The translations under genes and the position numbers were made by a program. Under the pieces are notes generated by a model, which did no database searches, had not been told where the DNA came from, and worked only from the letters and a program-made list of their open reading frames with translations. From a bacterium (GTDB lineage: Bacteria > Patescibacteriota > Minisyncoccia > Minisyncoccales > CG1-02-41-26): a stretch of DNA of 46,347 nt. The DNA lies in contig JAUXAO010000001.1 of the NCBI GenBank assembly GCA_030619905.1, positions 1-46,347 of the forward strand, in the 5' to 3' direction. Below, one piece after another: positions 33,997 to 44,014 of this stretch (its first letter is position 1; each line of letters begins with the position of its first letter).

Positions 33997-34458
33997 TTAT
34001 TTCCAATTATATAAGTGCTCTTCAACTTCCAATGGAGAACCTTTCTCCGACCAAGTGATTTGAATTTTGACCTTTATCTCATCTAGGCTTATATGAGTTA
34101 TTGTTACTTTCCTTGTAAATCTTGTCGAACTGCCAGAATCATAATTATAAAAACCATTGCTGTCGATTTTTAAAGGAGTATCAGAATATGTTAGCAAATT
34201 TTCTTCATTATACTGGACTAAATGATTACCATCATTTAAACCATTGTCCCAATCAGTTCTTTCAACCCAGTTTGCATCCCGGATGTTAGTAACAATCTCT
34301 ATTCCCTCCTGAGCTAAACGAGAGGCTATAAAGCGATATGAGTTAGAAAAGGTAATAGAAGCAACCCTTGTAATTGCTGCATAAGATCCAACAACCCCAA
34401 TGGTAATAACTGTAATAGCTATTAGTATTTCAATTAAAGTAAATGCTTTTGAAGACAT
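33997..34458 (-). CDS. Type IV minor pilin (PilV-like)
   Basis: KA|FTLIEILIA; LAQEGIE; FTRKVTI. Confidence 0.85.
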   Translation of the reverse strand: MSSKAFTLIEILIAITVITIGVVGSYAAITRVASITFSNSYRFIASRLAQEGIEIVTNIRDANWVERTDWDNGLNDGNHLVQYNEENLLTYSDTPLKIDSNGFYNYDSGSSTRFTRKVTITHISLDEIKVKIQITWSEKGSPLEVEEHLYNWK

Positions 34459-34462
34459 AATT

Positions 34463-34993
34463 TTATTTTATTTCTATCATTCCCGAGGTATTTACCCTAA
34501 TGGTTTTCTGCCTGGAAGGATAGTCGAGAAGATAAATAGTTATTACTGCTTCCATATCCGAAGGGTCATTCTTAATAAAAGTTGTAGGATCTGGAGGGAC
34601 AAAAAGAATATTAAAAGCGGTAGCTGGTGATAAAGCCGGTGCTGCCAGGGTAGAAATTTCAACTCCTTTCTCAAAATAAACAATTCTTAATTCTTCGTCA
34701 TTAGCATCATAAACTTTATTATTGTTACAATCTACAAACAATATATAATAAGTAGGCCAGGATATTTTAAATTGGATACCGAAACTTGAACCAGTTTCTC
34801 CATTACAGCTCATCTCTTGAGCTTCCATTGCCATTTCCTGCATTTCTCTTATATCCTGAACTAATTTATGAGCCGAGTTCTGGAGGGCAAAGGTTGCTTC
34901 TCCAGATCTCCAATTAAAAAACAAAACAGAAGAAAGTATGCCAATTATAAATACTACTACAAGAAATTCCACCATTGTAAAGCCTTTATTCAT
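34463..34993 (-). CDS. Type IV minor pilin (FimT/FimU-like)
   Basis: MNKG|FTMVEFLVV; C-terminal IRVNTSGMI. Confidence 0.85.
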   Translation of the reverse strand: MNKGFTMVEFLVVVFIIGILSSVLFFNWRSGEATFALQNSAHKLVQDIREMQEMAMEAQEMSCNGETGSSFGIQFKISWPTYYILFVDCNNNKVYDANDEELRIVYFEKGVEISTLAAPALSPATAFNILFVPPDPTTFIKNDPSDMEAVITIYLLDYPSRQKTIRVNTSGMIEIK

Positions 34994-35793
34994 ATTATGA
35001 AATTGACGTACCAATTAATTAAATTTTGCCCCCAAAATAAAGCAATAAATGTTCCCATTATTAAAAATGGAGCAAAAGGAACCTGACTCTTTAAGGTTTT
35101 TTTACCTAAGGCTATCAATCCTATTCCTATTATAGCACCAATAAAGAAAGCAGAAAACAAAGCTACTAGAACATTGGGCCAACCTAAAAAAAACCCTATA
35201 AAAAACCCTAATTTAACATCGCCAAATCCCATCCATTTACCTTTAGATATTAACCATATAAGAAAGAAAAAACCTGCTGCTCCGAAAGCGCTTAATAGAA
35301 AAGACCAAAAACTAGGACCAACTGCTTGAAAGCTGTAAATTAGCTGATAAAAAAATGTTATTCCAATTGCTGAATAAATTACTTTATCCGGAATAATATA
35401 ATGCTTTAAATCATAAACAAAGACAAGAACAAATAAAGATGAGGCAATTAGTAAATAAAAAAAACGAATGGAGGTTAAAAGACTAAAGATTGAAAATTGC
35501 GATCCGCCAAATTGAAGATTGAGAATTAATAGAAACAGTCCGCCAGTGGCTATTTCGACTAAAGGGTATTGCCAAGATATTTTTTTACCACAGTAACGAC
35601 ATTTTCCTTTTAAAACTATAAAGCTAAAAATCGGGATTAAATCAAAAAGACTTAATTCATGTTTGCAATGAGGACAAAAAGAACGACCCCTTAAAAAGCT
35701 CTGCTTGCTGTTAAGGCGATAAATTAAACAATTCAGAAAACTGCCTATACATGTTCCAAAAATAAAAGTAATTAAATAGAAAATTAAGTTCAT
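34990..35793 (-). CDS. pilD: Prepilin peptidase/N-methyltransferase
   Basis: GSFLNC, RSFCPHC...GKCRYC, YPLVE, MGFGDVKL, VPFAPFL. Confidence 0.95.
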   Translation of the reverse strand: MNLIFYLITFIFGTCIGSFLNCLIYRLNSKQSFLRGRSFCPHCKHELSLFDLIPIFSFIVLKGKCRYCGKKISWQYPLVEIATGGLFLLILNLQFGGSQFSIFSLLTSIRFFYLLIASSLFVLVFVYDLKHYIIPDKVIYSAIGITFFYQLIYSFQAVGPSFWSFLLSAFGAAGFFFLIWLISKGKWMGFGDVKLGFFIGFFLGWPNVLVALFSAFFIGAIIGIGLIALGKKTLKSQVPFAPFLIMGTFIALFWGQNLINWYVNFII

Positions 35794-35807
35794 TTTTCTA
35801 TTCTAAC

Positions 35808-35844
35808 AAAAACTGCCCGGAAAGAAAACTCCGGACAGTTTTTT
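35808..35844. terminator. Intrinsic terminator after the major pilin
   Basis: aaaaactg.ccgga/tccgg.cagttttt inverted repeat flanked by A/T tracts. Confidence 0.75.
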
Positions 35845-35868
35845 AATAAAAATGTCAATCAATATTAA

Positions 35869-36336
35869 CTAATCAAGAGTAGGACATTTAGCAGTTGCAG
35901 CCAAACAATATCCTGCTCCACCAGGATTATTTGCTGCACCAGAAACAAATCCAGCTACACCTGTACTATCAGCACAATACCAATAATCTGTCTTAGCATT
36001 CAATGGAGAATAAATACAAGCTGCAGGTCCACTCTGGGGACCACAAGTAAGACAAGCTGCGATTGTTGGCTCTAAACCATCATCAGTTCCGTAATTTGTA
36101 TCAATTTCCTGACAGAGAGTTACCATATCTCCATGAGTACATAAAAAATTAGTATAATTGCCATCATTTCCAGAGACATAAACCATTACTGTCCTGGCTT
36201 GAGAAATTCCTGAAACAATTCTTGAATCCTTTGCTTTTCTAGTAGCGCCAGGAAAGGCAACTAAAACAATAGAAGCCAAAATCCCAATAATGGCAATAAC
36301 TACCAAAAGTTCAATAAGAGTAAAACCTTTTTTCAT
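35869..36336 (-). CDS. Probable major type IV pilin
   Basis: MKKG|FTLIELLVVIAIIGILASIV; own leader and terminator; WYCADSTG. Confidence 0.9.
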   Translation of the reverse strand: MKKGFTLIELLVVIAIIGILASIVLVAFPGATRKAKDSRIVSGISQARTVMVYVSGNDGNYTNFLCTHGDMVTLCQEIDTNYGTDDGLEPTIAACLTCGPQSGPAACIYSPLNAKTDYWYCADSTGVAGFVSGAANNPGGAGYCLAATAKCPTLD

Positions 36337-36434
36337 ATATCTAAATTACATAATTTGAACACTCGACCTTTTGATTTATTCCTTTAATCTATTTTTAAAC
36401 TTTTAAAAGATAAAGTCAACCCTCTCAGATAATA

Positions 36435-37655
36435 TTATATTGCCCCTGCTCCTCCAAGTCCAATTTGAAACAAAGGTATAAAAATTGAAATAACTAATAT
36501 ACCAACTAATCCTCCCAGAAAAAGCATTAATGTTGGTTCAAGGATTTTTGTTAAGTTATCAATAAATCGATCTATGTCTCCTTTATAGAAATTAACTACA
36601 TCCATTAAGGTGTTCTCCAATCTTCCTGTTTCTTCTCCTGTTGAAACCATCTGGGTCAAAAATGAAGGAATTTGCTCTGGATATCTAGAGAGAACCGAAC
36701 TTATTGTTTCTCCTCTAGCCACTTTTTCCTCAGTTTTTTCTATTATTTTTTTGTAAAAGCTGTTATCTATCACATCTGCTGTAATTTTCAAGGCTTGAGT
36801 AATTGGCAGACCGGCCGCAATAAGAACTGAGAGATTCTCGGCAAATCTGGTAAGATAAATCTTTTTGTAAAAATCGCCAAACAGGGGCATTTTAAGAGAA
36901 GCTTTATCCCAAAAATCTTTTCCTTCTTTAGAACGCCTGAAATATTGAAAAAGAAAAATCAAGCCGACAAAAAAGATTAAAATCAGAATCCATCCTCCTT
37001 CTCTGATAAAATAAGAAAAAGATATCATCGCTCTAGTAGCAAAAGGCAGTTCTTCAGCCATGTCTTCCAAAACATCTATCAATCGCGGAATAATAAAGAA
37101 TATTATAAGAAGGGTTACACCTAAAGCAACTGTAATAACCATGATAGGATAAAGCATCGCTCCTTTAATCTTTGCTTGCAGTTCATACTCACTTTCTAAA
37201 TGCTGGGCTAAATAATCTAGAGAATCAGCGACCTTTCCTGAGGCTTCGCCTGATTTTACACAGCTTACATAAAAAGTATTAAAGATTTTAGGATGGGAAG
37301 AAAATGCTTGACTTAAAGAACTTCCAGTCTCTACCATTTCAGCAATTTTTAAGATCGCCTCTCGAAAGTCTGAGTTTTCTGCCTGAATTACCTGAGTTCT
37401 TAATGCTTCGACAGGAGGTATAGCTGACTTAAGCATAACTGAAAGCTGACGGGTAAAAATTACTATATCTTTAATGGAAGGTTTCTTTGTAAATATTTTC
37501 TGTTGGAAAAAAGTTGCTCTCCCCGCTTCCTTAAGAGAAGTTACATAAAATCCATACTTTTCTAAGACATCAAGAGCGCCTTTTTTTGAAAAGGCTTCAA
37601 TCATTCCACTTTGAATTCTTCCTTCTTTAGTTCTAGCCCGATAATGAAATTTCAT
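36435..37655 (-). CDS. pilC: Type IV pilus platform protein
   Basis: FTRQLSVML, GEASG, AMLYP, GEETG, LEP. Confidence 0.94.
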   Translation of the reverse strand: MKFHYRARTKEGRIQSGMIEAFSKKGALDVLEKYGFYVTSLKEAGRATFFQQKIFTKKPSIKDIVIFTRQLSVMLKSAIPPVEALRTQVIQAENSDFREAILKIAEMVETGSSLSQAFSSHPKIFNTFYVSCVKSGEASGKVADSLDYLAQHLESEYELQAKIKGAMLYPIMVITVALGVTLLIIFFIIPRLIDVLEDMAEELPFATRAMISFSYFIREGGWILILIFFVGLIFLFQYFRRSKEGKDFWDKASLKMPLFGDFYKKIYLTRFAENLSVLIAAGLPITQALKITADVIDNSFYKKIIEKTEEKVARGETISSVLSRYPEQIPSFLTQMVSTGEETGRLENTLMDVVNFYKGDIDRFIDNLTKILEPTLMLFLGGLVGILVISIFIPLFQIGLGGAGAI

Positions 37656-38722
37656 ATTCTTTTAAAACGGCTATTTAGTTCTTGAGGGTTTAGAGAATAT
37701 TTTATAGCCGTTTCTTTAGTAATTTCTTCTTTATCAACAAGTTCGGCTAACGATTGATTAAGGGACATCATCCCATCTTTTCTTGAGGTCTCAATAACTG
37801 ATGGTATCTCATGAATTTTATTCTCCCGAATCAAATTATCTATTGCCGAATTAGAAATCATCACCTCGCAAGCTGGGATAAAACCATTGCCGATTCTTGG
37901 CACAAGCCGCTGGGAAACTACTCCTAAAAGAGAGCCAGATAGCTGAGCCCGAATTTGATTTTGCTGAAAGGAGGGAAAAACATCAACAATTCGATGAATC
38001 GTCTGACTGGCTGAATTGGTATGAAGCGTAGCAAACACTAAATGTCCTGTTTCAGCTGCTGTAATCGCTGTGGCTATGGTTTCCAAATCCCTTGACTCAC
38101 CTACCATAATAACATCAGGATCTTCCCTTAAAGTGGATCTTAAAGCTCTAGAAAAGCTTAAAGTGTCATGATAAACCTCTCTTTGATCAACAATAGATTT
38201 ATCGTCATCAAAGACATATTCAATAGGTTCTTCAATAGTAATTATATGTTCTTTTCTTTGATGATTAATTTCGTTAATCAAAGAAGCCAAAGTCGTAGAT
38301 TTCCCTTGAGAAGAAGCTCCTGTAATTAGAACGAAACCCTGAGTAGCTTCGGTAAACTTATGTAAAACATACGGAAGATTAAGCTCTTCAATTGTCCTAA
38401 TTTTGGATGGAATAAGCCTCAGGGCAATACTTACCACCCTACGTTGAAAGAAAATATTCACTCGGAACCTAGCTGAATTATCGAAGTCATAAGCAAAATC
38501 TATTTCTTTTTCTCTTAAAAATTTTTCTTTCTGCCGTTCGTCCATCAAAACAAAAGCTAATCCTTCAGAATCTTCTGCCGTGATTATTTTCTCTTTCTCT
38601 AACCAGATTAAATTTCTGGTTATCCTTAAAACAGGGAAATGACCAACCGAAATATGTAAGTCTGAGGCTTTTTTTTCAATAGTAATTTCTAGAAGTTTTC
38701 TAAGCTGAATTTCATAATTCAT
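37652..38722 (-). CDS. pilT: Type IV pilus retraction ATPase
   Basis: ASDLH, RFRVN, GKSTT, LREDPD, AAETGHLVFATLHT, AIDNLIRE. Confidence 0.94.
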   Translation of the reverse strand: MNYEIQLRKLLEITIEKKASDLHISVGHFPVLRITRNLIWLEKEKIITAEDSEGLAFVLMDERQKEKFLREKEIDFAYDFDNSARFRVNIFFQRRVVSIALRLIPSKIRTIEELNLPYVLHKFTEATQGFVLITGASSQGKSTTLASLINEINHQRKEHIITIEEPIEYVFDDDKSIVDQREVYHDTLSFSRALRSTLREDPDVIMVGESRDLETIATAITAAETGHLVFATLHTNSASQTIHRIVDVFPSFQQNQIRAQLSGSLLGVVSQRLVPRIGNGFIPACEVMISNSAIDNLIRENKIHEIPSVIETSRKDGMMSLNQSLAELVDKEEITKETAIKYSLNPQELNSRFKRI

Positions 38723-38749
38723 GATTTTTACTATAATTTATTATAGTTT

Positions 38750-40477
38750 TTATTTTTCCTCAATTACCCTCATTATTTCCTCGATGGAAGTAATACCTTC
38801 CAAAACCTTTAATATTCCATCTTCCTTCATTAAAATCATTTCTTGTCTTCTGGCTTCCTCTAAAATCTTAATTCTAGTTGGCAAACGGATAATTATTTCA
38901 GATAATTTGTCAGTCATTTCTATAACTTCAAATATCCCAGTTCTTCCTGAATATCCCTTGGAATTACATTTTGGACATCCTTTTGCTTCAAAAATGTAAA
39001 TTGGTTCTGGAACTTTAATCTTCTTTCGGAAAATAGCTGGCATTTTTCCAATTGTTTCCAAAATAAGTTTTCTTTCTTTACCAGAGGCCTTCACCTTTTT
39101 CTTACAATGAGGACATAATACTCTTATTAATCTTTGACTTAAAGCTAAAACTAAACTAGGAGAAATTAGGAACGGTTTTATGCCCATATCAATAAGCCTA
39201 GGAATGACATCGGAAGCATTATTGGTATGTAAGGTTGAAAAAACCAAATGACCTGTTAAGGCAGCATGGACAGCTAATTCTGCTGTTTCTTCATCTCGAA
39301 TCTCACCAACCATAATGATATCTGGATCCTGTCTTAAAATCTGACGAAGTCCTTTAGCAAAAGTATAATCAATTTCCGGTTTTATCTGAGACTGATTAAT
39401 TCCAGTCATAAAATATTCTACAGGATCTTCTAAGGTCACAATATTTACTCCTTCGGTATTTAGTATTCTCAAAAGAGCATAGAGAGTTGTAGTTTTTCCA
39501 CATCCAGTAGGACCAGTGACTAAAATCATTCCATATGGTCTTCCAAGAGATTTTTTTACTTTATTAAGATTTTCTCTATCTAATCCAAGCTCTTTTAAAG
39601 ATCTAAGCCCTTTTTCCGGATCAAGAACCCTAAGTACGACTTTCTCTCCTAGGGTGGTAGGAAAAGTAGAAACCCGAAAATCAATATCTTTCTCTCCAAT
39701 ATTGGCCGAAAAACGACCATCTTGAGGAATTCTTGTTTCGTCAATTTTTAAGCTACTGAGAATTTTAACACGAGCAACAATTGCCAGATGGGCTTTTAAG
39801 GGTAAAAATAAGCTTGAATGCAAAATACCGTCTAATCGATAACGAACTTTTAAATTTTCTCGAGTAGGTTCAATATGAATATCTGATGCTTTCCCTTCAA
39901 CAGCCTGCCTTAAAATTACGCTCACCATTTTTATTATTGGTGCTTCCTCTACCAGTCTCTCAAATCTCTCCTCTTTTATGACTCCTCCTTCTTTTTCCTC
40001 AGCTTTCATTTGAGTCTCCAATCTTTCTAGGGCTTTCCTCATCTCTCGCTGAGGAACACTATATCTTTCAAGGCATTTTTTAAAATTAGATAAGCTGATT
40101 AGAAAAAAATTATAAGATAATTTGCTCTGTCTCGCTAAAAACTTCAGGGCTTCCTGGGCTTGGCTGTCCTCTGGATAAACCATTCCTACGTCAAAACTGT
40201 CTTTCTCTTTTTTAAAAGGTATTATTTTATAATACTGGGCTGATTCTCTAGGAATTAATTCTAAAACTTCTGAGGGAATTTTCGCAGGAACAATCTGTTT
40301 GAAAGGAATTTTAAGTAATTTACTTTTTAACTTAAATAATGTCTCCTCTGGAAGAACTTTTTCCTTTAAAATTATCTCCTCTATTGCCCTATTGCCTTTC
40401 TTGGCTTCCATTTTTAACCGAGCACCTTCCTCTCGGTTAATAGTTTTCCTTTTTATTAATGTTTGAATTAAATCCAC
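38750..40477 (-). CDS. pilB: Type IV pilus assembly ATPase
   Basis: ASDIHIEP, PQDGRF, GPTGCGKTTT, LRQDPD, CPHC...CPKC. Confidence 0.94.
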   Translation of the reverse strand: MDLIQTLIKRKTINREEGARLKMEAKKGNRAIEEIILKEKVLPEETLFKLKSKLLKIPFKQIVPAKIPSEVLELIPRESAQYYKIIPFKKEKDSFDVGMVYPEDSQAQEALKFLARQSKLSYNFFLISLSNFKKCLERYSVPQREMRKALERLETQMKAEEKEGGVIKEERFERLVEEAPIIKMVSVILRQAVEGKASDIHIEPTRENLKVRYRLDGILHSSLFLPLKAHLAIVARVKILSSLKIDETRIPQDGRFSANIGEKDIDFRVSTFPTTLGEKVVLRVLDPEKGLRSLKELGLDRENLNKVKKSLGRPYGMILVTGPTGCGKTTTLYALLRILNTEGVNIVTLEDPVEYFMTGINQSQIKPEIDYTFAKGLRQILRQDPDIIMVGEIRDEETAELAVHAALTGHLVFSTLHTNNASDVIPRLIDMGIKPFLISPSLVLALSQRLIRVLCPHCKKKVKASGKERKLILETIGKMPAIFRKKIKVPEPIYIFEAKGCPKCNSKGYSGRTGIFEVIEMTDKLSEIIIRLPTRIKILEEARRQEMILMKEDGILKVLEGITSIEEIMRVIEEK

Positions 40478-40498
40478 AGCTTAAAATGTTTAATTTTT

Positions 40499-40756
40499 CT
40501 AGTATGATTCAAATGGATTTTCTCGGCCAATTTCTTCTGGTACTAGAATTTTTTCCAAAGGTAAAAGTTCTTCCACTTTTTGGCTTTCTAATGTCTGGTA
40601 ATCAATATCAATCTTGTGAATTGCCTCTGGCAAAAACGGAATATAAACTTTAGATCTCAGAAAAACATCTTTGTAAATAATGAAACAACCAATAATTACT
40701 AAGGCGATCGTCAGATACATTAAGATTTTATTTTCCAATGTTTTTTCTTCTACCAT
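40499..40756 (-). CDS. Small membrane-anchored pilus-cluster protein (PilP position)
   Basis: Single TM helix; C-terminal GRENPF; lies between pilO and pilB. Confidence 0.65.
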   Translation of the reverse strand: MVEEKTLENKILMYLTIALVIIGCFIIYKDVFLRSKVYIPFLPEAIHKIDIDYQTLESQKVEELLPLEKILVPEEIGRENPFESY

Positions 40757-40761
40757 ATATT

Positions 40762-41304
40762 TTAATAGGAATAAACCTTTAATAATAAGTTAAGAGTTGA
40801 TAGTCCTTCGGCTAATACTTCTTTCCCTTCTTTCCTGATTTGAACTTCTTCAATTTCAATTAAACGAGAAGATTTTTCTATTGATTTAAGAAAATTCTCA
40901 AAGCCATCATAAAACCCTATTAATTCAATGTTGACATATTCTTCTTGGATTTTTTTAGCTGTTTCTTCTTCTGTTTTCTTTTTTGATACAACATCTAAAT
41001 TTACACTTTTTAAGAATACTCCATTTTCAGTACTGATTTTTTGAAGATAATTAAACAAAGAAGGCATAAAAGAATCAGCTGGAAGAGATGAGTCAATTTT
41101 TCCTAAACTCTCCTGATATTCTTTAAGTTTATTGAAATTATCATGAATGTCCTTATAGTAATTTTCTATTGCCAGAGCTTCTTTTTCTCTCATTTCAAGT
41201 TCTTTATTTGAATTACTAAAATCAGAAACTATAGGAAGGATTAAGTAGACAGTTATCAGTAAAGCAATAAAAAATAAAATTGGTATTGCAAAAGATTTAT
41301 TCAT
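40762..41304 (-). CDS. pilO: Type IV pilus assembly protein PilO
   Basis: TM helix, coiled coil, SLP, FLKSIEKSSRLIEI; position in pilMNO. Confidence 0.82.
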   Translation of the reverse strand: MNKSFAIPILFFIALLITVYLILPIVSDFSNSNKELEMREKEALAIENYYKDIHDNFNKLKEYQESLGKIDSSLPADSFMPSLFNYLQKISTENGVFLKSVNLDVVSKKKTEEETAKKIQEEYVNIELIGFYDGFENFLKSIEKSSRLIEIEEVQIRKEGKEVLAEGLSTLNLLLKVYSY

Positions 41305-41830
41305 TTTTAAATATTTCGGGGTCAAGAGAAAGACTTATATTGAATTTAACATCTCCCTCTTTTCCCAGAGCAAGGTTAGATAAGCCTAGACCTTTTATAA
41401 ACTCACTTCCTTTAAGATAAAGGATTTGTTCACCCAATGTTTTAAAGCTTTCTGTTTCGCCCCCTAGAATAACTTGAGCAGTTTCTGTATTCAAGGTTAA
41501 TGTTGAAAAGGAAACTTTTAAATGGGTTGAATCTCTTAGAAGCTCTAAAAAATAAGAAACAACCTTATGTTCCTTAAAAAGTTCGGAAAAATCATTAATC
41601 TTTTTTTGATAACCGAGAACTTGTCTTTCTGTTTCTTTGTCCCCTTCGATTTTGATTTTAGCTACATTAACCTTAGTTTCCTCTATTTGAGATTTAATAG
41701 AAGAAGTTTTTATTCTCATTCCAAAATAACAGGCTCCTAGGATTATTATGAGAATTAAAGATGAATAGAACAGAAAGTTAGTGAAAGAGGGTGTTTTTAA
41801 TTTTTCTTTTGGAATTAATTCTTGAACCAT
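41297..41830 (-). CDS. pilN: Type IV pilus assembly protein PilN-like
   Basis: N-terminal ELIP, TM helix, coiled coil; position between pilM and pilO. Confidence 0.72.
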   Translation of the reverse strand: MVQELIPKEKLKTPSFTNFLFYSSLILIIILGACYFGMRIKTSSIKSQIEETKVNVAKIKIEGDKETERQVLGYQKKINDFSELFKEHKVVSYFLELLRDSTHLKVSFSTLTLNTETAQVILGGETESFKTLGEQILYLKGSEFIKGLGLSNLALGKEGDVKFNISLSLDPEIFKNE

Positions 41831-41834
41831 AAAT

Positions 41835-42905
41835 TTATCGTCCTATTCCTCTCAAAGCCAATCCAATGGCTATGGCAAAAGAAGGGCCTATTTCTTCCAG
41901 GCGACCTTCCAAGAGAGGAGGATAGGAAAGATTAGAATTACGAAAAGGATTAGCGATTTTAACTTCTTTTTTCAAAAAAACTCTAAAATATTCTTTTAAT
42001 CCAGGAAGAGAAGCCGCTCCTCCAGCCAATATTATACTTTCAACTTTCTTGCCCTCTACCTGGTAAAAATTCTGGCAAACTTTTTCTATTTCCCGGGAAA
42101 TAGAATCAATCTGAGGACGTAAAGCAAGAAAAACAGATTGTTCTTTAGGGTTCAAACCAAACTTCTGTTTTGCCTTTTCTGCTTCCTGCCAGTTAATTTT
42201 CAAGGAATCGATTAATGCTCGAGTTAAACTATTGGCTGAGATATCAAAACTGTAGCTTTGTCTTAATAGATTATTCTCAACAATACTAATGGTAGTGCTT
42301 GTATAGCCAATATCAACTAAACAAACAGTATCTTCTTTTTCCGTCTCTTCGATTGAAGATCTTATTAAGGCAAAAGCTTCTGCTTCTAGTCCCTTAATCC
42401 GGATATTAGATAAAGTTGCTATTCTTTCATATTGCTGAATCACCTTCTTAGGAACAGCCACCAGTAACACCTTATGACTTTTTCTTCCTCCAAGTTCTTC
42501 CTCGATTTTAATTGTCTGCCAATCAAAGGTAACTTCAGATAAAGGAAAAGGAATATGGTGTCGAGCTTCAAATTCCACTGCCTTTGGAATTTCAGACATG
42601 GTCATCGGAGGTAGCTCAAAAGTAGTAAAAAAAGTAGAAAAATCAGGAACTGAAAGAAAAGCCTTTTTCTCTCTAATTCCTGCACTCTTTAATAGAGCAT
42701 CTAAGATCTCCGCCATTTTATCACTCAAGAGTAAAAGATGTTTTTCTCCAAAAACCCTAAAAAGAGAATCATTTTCAGAAGGGACTTGAAATTGAATATA
42801 ATTCTCAACCCTTATTTTTTTCCCGAAACGAGAAAGTTCAATTATCTTGATAGAAAAACTTCCGATATCAATTCCCAAACAAGTTTTAGAAAGACCTAAA
42901 ACCAT
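41835..42905 (-). CDS. pilM: Type IV pilus assembly protein PilM
   Basis: LGIDIGSFSIK, VDIG, ILAGGAA, AIGLALR (actin-like fold). Confidence 0.93.
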   Translation of the reverse strand: MVLGLSKTCLGIDIGSFSIKIIELSRFGKKIRVENYIQFQVPSENDSLFRVFGEKHLLLLSDKMAEILDALLKSAGIREKKAFLSVPDFSTFFTTFELPPMTMSEIPKAVEFEARHHIPFPLSEVTFDWQTIKIEEELGGRKSHKVLLVAVPKKVIQQYERIATLSNIRIKGLEAEAFALIRSSIEETEKEDTVCLVDIGYTSTTISIVENNLLRQSYSFDISANSLTRALIDSLKINWQEAEKAKQKFGLNPKEQSVFLALRPQIDSISREIEKVCQNFYQVEGKKVESIILAGGAASLPGLKEYFRVFLKKEVKIANPFRNSNLSYPPLLEGRLEEIGPSFAIAIGLALRGIGR

Positions 42906-42951
42906 AAATTTTTTTATTCTATCTTATTGTATATAATAACATAAAAGATAA

Positions 42952-43683
42952 ATGAAACAAATCTTACTACAAATGAAAAGAAAAGTTTTTGATGTCCTTT
43001 TTCCAGCCATCTGTTTGAACTGTCAAAAAGAAGGAGCTTGGGTATGCGGAGATTGTCTTTCAAATATCGAAGTTTTGGAATATCACTATTGTCCCTTTTG
43101 CAAAGAAAGAGTTTTTGAAAAAGGGACTTGTAAAGAACATAAAGAAAAAAATCTCAACGGCCTTTTCTTCGCTACCTCTTATAAAAATCCTTTAGTCAAA
43201 AAACTTATTAAAAAACTCAAATATCCGCCTTTTTTAAGAGAACTTACTCTCCCTTTATCTTCTTTAATAATAACACACTTTATTTTAAGTGAAAATAAAA
43301 TAATCTTTAATAATCAAAGGGGTTCTCTTTTTATCCCTGTTCCTCTTTTCCCTTCTAAAAAAAGATGGCGGGGATTTAACCAATCAGAAGAAATTACTAA
43401 AGAACTTTCTAAATTTTTAAAAATTCCATATCAAGTTAATGATCTCATAAAAATTAAGAAAACTCAATCACAGATTGAGCTCTCTAAAGAGGAAAGGGAA
43501 AGAAATATCAAGAATAATTTTAAAATAAAAAATCCCCTAAGAATTCAGGGAAAAAGAATATTTTTAGTTGATGATATTTTTACCAGCGGAGCGACAATGG
43601 AAGAATGCGCTCGCGTCTTGAAAGAAGCTGGAGTAAAAGAGGTCTGGGGAATTGCTGTGGCCCGGGAAGGAAATAAAGTATAA
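42952..43683 (+). CDS. comF: Competence protein ComF
   Basis: Double Zn ribbon, RGFNQS, LVDDIFTSGAT PRTase motif. Confidence 0.93.
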   Translation: MKQILLQMKRKVFDVLFPAICLNCQKEGAWVCGDCLSNIEVLEYHYCPFCKERVFEKGTCKEHKEKNLNGLFFATSYKNPLVKKLIKKLKYPPFLRELTLPLSSLIITHFILSENKIIFNNQRGSLFIPVPLFPSKKRWRGFNQSEEITKELSKFLKIPYQVNDLIKIKKTQSQIELSKEERERNIKNNFKIKNPLRIQGKRIFLVDDIFTSGATMEECARVLKEAGVKEVWGIAVAREGNKV

Positions 43684-43685
43684 AC

Positions 43686-43772
43686 TGGCGGAGGGGGTGG
43701 GATTCGAACCCACGAGTCCGTGAGGACGGCGGTTTTCAAAACCGCTGGAATAAGCCGCTATCCGACCCCTCC
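43686..43772 (-). tRNA. tRNA-Ser(TGA), CCA encoded
   Basis: Acceptor GGAGGGG/CCCCTCC, stem GCGGT/ACCGC with loop TTTGAAA, long variable arm, G73-CCA. Confidence 0.95.
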
Positions 43773-43778
43773 AAGAAG

Positions 43779-43860
43779 CGGAGGAGGTGGGATTCGAACC
43801 CACAAGCGACAAATCGCCACGGCTTAGCAAGCCGCTGGAATACCATTATCCGACTCCTCC
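43779..43860 (-). tRNA. tRNA-Ser(GCT)
   Basis: Acceptor GGAGGAG/CTCCTCC, stem GCGGC/GCCGT with loop TTGCTAA, long variable arm, G73. Confidence 0.95.
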
Positions 43861-43940
43861 AAATAATTATTTATGTTAACATCAAAATATTAATAAATCA
43901 AATTGATAAATAGTTATTTTCATGATATTTTGAAATATAA

Positions 43941-44012
43941 GTCCCCATAGCTTAACGGATAAGGCGCATCCCTGCGGAGGATGATATGGAAGTTCGACTC
44001 TTCCTGGGGACA
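43941..44012 (+). tRNA. tRNA-Arg(GCG)
   Basis: Acceptor GTCCCCA/TGGGGAC, stem CATCC/GGATG with loop CTGCGGA, T-arm GGAAG-TTCGACT-CTTCC. Confidence 0.92.
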
Positions 44013-44014
44013 CT

